A stretch of DNA of 63,996 nucleotides, the filler included, from an uncultured bacterium (GTDB taxonomy: Bacteria > Hinthialibacterota > Hinthialibacteria > Hinthialibacterales > Hinthialibacteraceae), in the NCBI GenBank assembly GCA_964449065.1. It is 9 parts of 9 records of this genome, joined end to end, with 100 filler letters (N's around TTAATTAATTAA, not from the genome) between each part and the next. Parts side by side here need not be neighbours in the genome. Positions count along the whole stretch, not along the records: positions 59,863 to 63,996 come from CAYVAZ010000405.1; 8 more parts are not named here. One strand, written 5' to 3'. The notes under the pieces are model-generated. The model saw only the letters and a list, made by a program, of their open reading frames with translations. It ran no database searches and had not been told where the DNA came from. The position numbers and the translations under genes were made by a program. Shown piece by piece: positions 61,811 through 63,996 of the stretch. The first letter of the stretch is position 1; each line of letters begins with the position of its first letter.

Positions 61811-61968
61811 TTTGTATCACCAAAAAAAAATTGGTGTGATGAGGTCGGGTGTTTGGGCGGGCTCCGTCAGACAATCCCCTGGATCATCAAACCAGAAGTA
61901 AATTGTACATGGGTTTCAAAAAAGTAAATACTTACTTTTCATTTTACATGAACTATTTTGTGGACATA

Positions 61969-63066
61969 TTACCAAAGAAGCATTTGCAAATCTTCTTTCG
62001 GTTTTAAGAGTTTCTCCAAACCGGAATCGTCATCAAACCCCGCCACCCGGATGCCTAACAAGCGGACGCGTTTGTTGCCGAGATTGACGGTGCTGAGCAT
62101 GAGTTTGGATTCATGCGCGATGGTTTGGGCGTCATCCGTGGGGATTTCGACCGAGACGGAGCGGGTTTCAAGGGAGAGATCATGGTAGCGGATTTTGATG
62201 CCGACGCGGCGGGCAACCAGATCCAACGATTTTAGACGGAAGGCGACTTCATCGGCTAAATCTTCAAACACGGCTTTCATGGCTTCGATGTTATCCATGT
62301 CTTGCGCGAAGGTGCGTTCTTTGGAGAGGGATTTGCGTTTGCGTTCGGAGATGACGGGGGTTTCATCGACACCGCGGGCGAGTTCGAAGAGGCGTTTGCC
62401 GTGTTTGTTGCCCAACTCGTGCTGCAACTCTTCCAGTGTTTTTTGGCGGAGTTGCGCGATGGTTTCGATCCCCAACGCGTTGAGGCGCTGTTCGGTTTTG
62501 GGGCCGACGCCGGGGATGACGCGGATTTTCAGGGGGGGCAGGATTTCTTCGACTTGACCGGGGGGGATAACGAAGAAGCCATCGGGTTTGTCGTAATCGG
62601 AGGCGAGTTTTGCTAAGAACTTGTTGCCGCCGATACCGACGGACGCGGTCAGTTGGGTGTGCATGCGGATTTGCGCTTTGAGGCGCTCGCCTACCCTGTG
62701 GGCGTGCTCGTAATCGATGGCCTGGCCGGTGAGATCGAGGTAGGCCTCGTCTAAGGAGATCGGTTCGACCTTGCCGGTGAGGTCCAGAAAGATTTCGCGG
62801 ATGATGAGAGACGCTTCGCGGTAGGCTTGAAAGCGGGGCTGAATGCGAATGGCCTGCGGGCAAAGCGTGAGCGCGCGCGACATGGGCATGGCGGAACGGA
62901 TGCCGAACGCGCGGGCTTCGTAGGAAGCGGCCGCGACAACGCCCCGGTCAGAGGGGCTGCCGCCGACCACCACAGGATGACCCTGAAGTTCGGGATGGTC
63001 GCGCTGTTCGACCGACGCGAAGAAGGCGTCCATATCAACATGCATGATGATGCGGCGTTTGGCCAT
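61969..63066 (-). CDS. dinB: DNA polymerase IV
   Basis: HVDMDAFFASVE, ASYEAR, SLDEAYLD, KPDG. Confidence 0.97.
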   Translation of the reverse strand: MAKRRIIMHVDMDAFFASVEQRDHPELQGHPVVVGGSPSDRGVVAAASYEARAFGIRSAMPMSRALTLCPQAIRIQPRFQAYREASLIIREIFLDLTGKVEPISLDEAYLDLTGQAIDYEHAHRVGERLKAQIRMHTQLTASVGIGGNKFLAKLASDYDKPDGFFVIPPGQVEEILPPLKIRVIPGVGPKTEQRLNALGIETIAQLRQKTLEELQHELGNKHGKRLFELARGVDETPVISERKRKSLSKERTFAQDMDNIEAMKAVFEDLADEVAFRLKSLDLVARRVGIKIRYHDLSLETRSVSVEIPTDDAQTIAHESKLMLSTVNLGNKRVRLLGIRVAGFDDDSGLEKLLKPKEDLQMLLW

Positions 63067-63192
63067 ACGGTTCCTCTTGGATTACTTCTATGACACTTGA
63101 TACGGTATCATAGGTATTGGGAGACTTCGCACCCCCTCTGTCCTCCTAGCGTCGGACATCTCCCCCAAATATTTTTGGGGGAGACAATACAT

Positions 63193-63298
63193 TAGAGCAT
63201 TTCAGTTTTGTGTATACGTTGTGTAAGGGCACATTGCAATGTGCCCCTACGGCAAGTGCAATTCCAATTTTCTGTCTATCCAACCTTAAATTGCTCTA
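63193..63298. mobile_element. Small MITE-like element TAGAGCATTT...AAATTGCTCTA with internal REP
   Basis: Terminal inverted repeat; internal GGGCACATTGCAATGTGCCC palindrome. Confidence 0.6.
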
Positions 63299-63717
63299 TC
63301 AGGCTGGAAGCCCGCGCTACAAATCAAAAAGCGTAAATAACTCATATTACAGTTGGTGCAATCATACAACACTATCGTATCACTGTAACCAGTTATTGGA
63401 TGAAATTTTTTAAGAAATCCTTTATAATAACTGATGTTACGTAAATAATGATTGACAACTGCTGGGAAAATGGTTTTTGTTATAGGGCAACTATTCTAAG
63501 CCAAACGCAAGGTCTATCGTCATCTCTCTATGGGCTGCTCTCCGTACAAAAAAAATTAAATCTGTAATATTTCATGTTTTTTAACCGCGAGGACACGCCA
63601 ATTCACGCGAATAACAACAAGGTAATTTTCAGTTCATCGGGTTTTATACCGATGTTATTTTGGATTATCAGGGAAGAAAAACGTACTTCCAGCTTGGCGT
63701 GAGCCTTGCGTTCCCAG

Positions 63718-63996
63718 GTCTCGCTTGCGCGAGTGATGGGCTACGCTTCGCTTTGAGCCCATCCTACAAATAATTTAAATTGCTTTCAAATTTTCCAATA
63801 CTGTTCTTCTGGCTCGGCGGGAGCCTCGCCCTCCAAAACCCGGCCCGGCGGGAGCCTCGCCCTCCAAAACCCGGCCCGGCGGGAGCCTCGCTCTTCCATG
63901 TCTCGCTTGCGCGAGTGGTGGGCTACGCTTCGCTTTGAGCCTATCCTACAGTTTCACTCTACAGTTTCACTCTACAGTTTCATCCTACAGTTTCAT
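63718..63996. repeat. BIME-like REP cluster with tandem amplifications
   Basis: 51-bp duplicate 63718-63768 / 63900-63950; 31-bp unit about x2.8 at 63811-63897; 13-bp unit x4 at 63946-63996. Confidence 0.85.

Noticed and set aside
63811..63996. CRISPR array
   Set aside because: Head-to-tail units with no unique spacers, derived from REP sequences seen elsewhere
1..63996. tRNA, rRNA, prophage structural genes or cas genes
   Set aside because: None recognised by eye; tRNAscan and Rfam scans would be needed to exclude small RNAs

Overview
This window is not one locus. It is nine short bacterial contigs, probably from a draft or metagenome-assembled genome, joined by eight identical 100-bp linkers (44 N + TTAATTAATTAA + 44 N). 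The complete contigs fall in decreasing length order (7491, 7470, 7429, 7326, 7316, 7311, 7184 bp), so adjacency across linkers means nothing. Housekeeping and metabolic genes include lon, accA, pckA, ggt, surE, the clpB 5' end, an FGGY gluconokinase, gnd and dinB. Secreted proteins include a >2250-aa Ig/RHS protein, beta-propellers, DUF1800/DUF1501 and a nucleoside hydrolase. There are about 20 type II toxin-antitoxin (TA) modules or remnants, many with the toxin disabled. The window also holds an Rpn nuclease with an internal start, an IS21 remnant, class C group II intron ends, and several MITE/REP families that often coincide with contig ends. Best leads: (1) two unrelated exported proteins end in the same short C-terminal motif (small-small-V-x-x-W-S-[LV]-Y-stop), a candidate undescribed sorting signal; (2) TA modules bracketed by 15-102 bp direct repeats, suggesting cassette-like gain and loss; (3) a 100-bp MITE with TAA target duplications at toxin positions; (4) a methyltransferase/ATP-grasp fusion with a structured 5' leader. 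All family calls come from motif recognition, not database searches.
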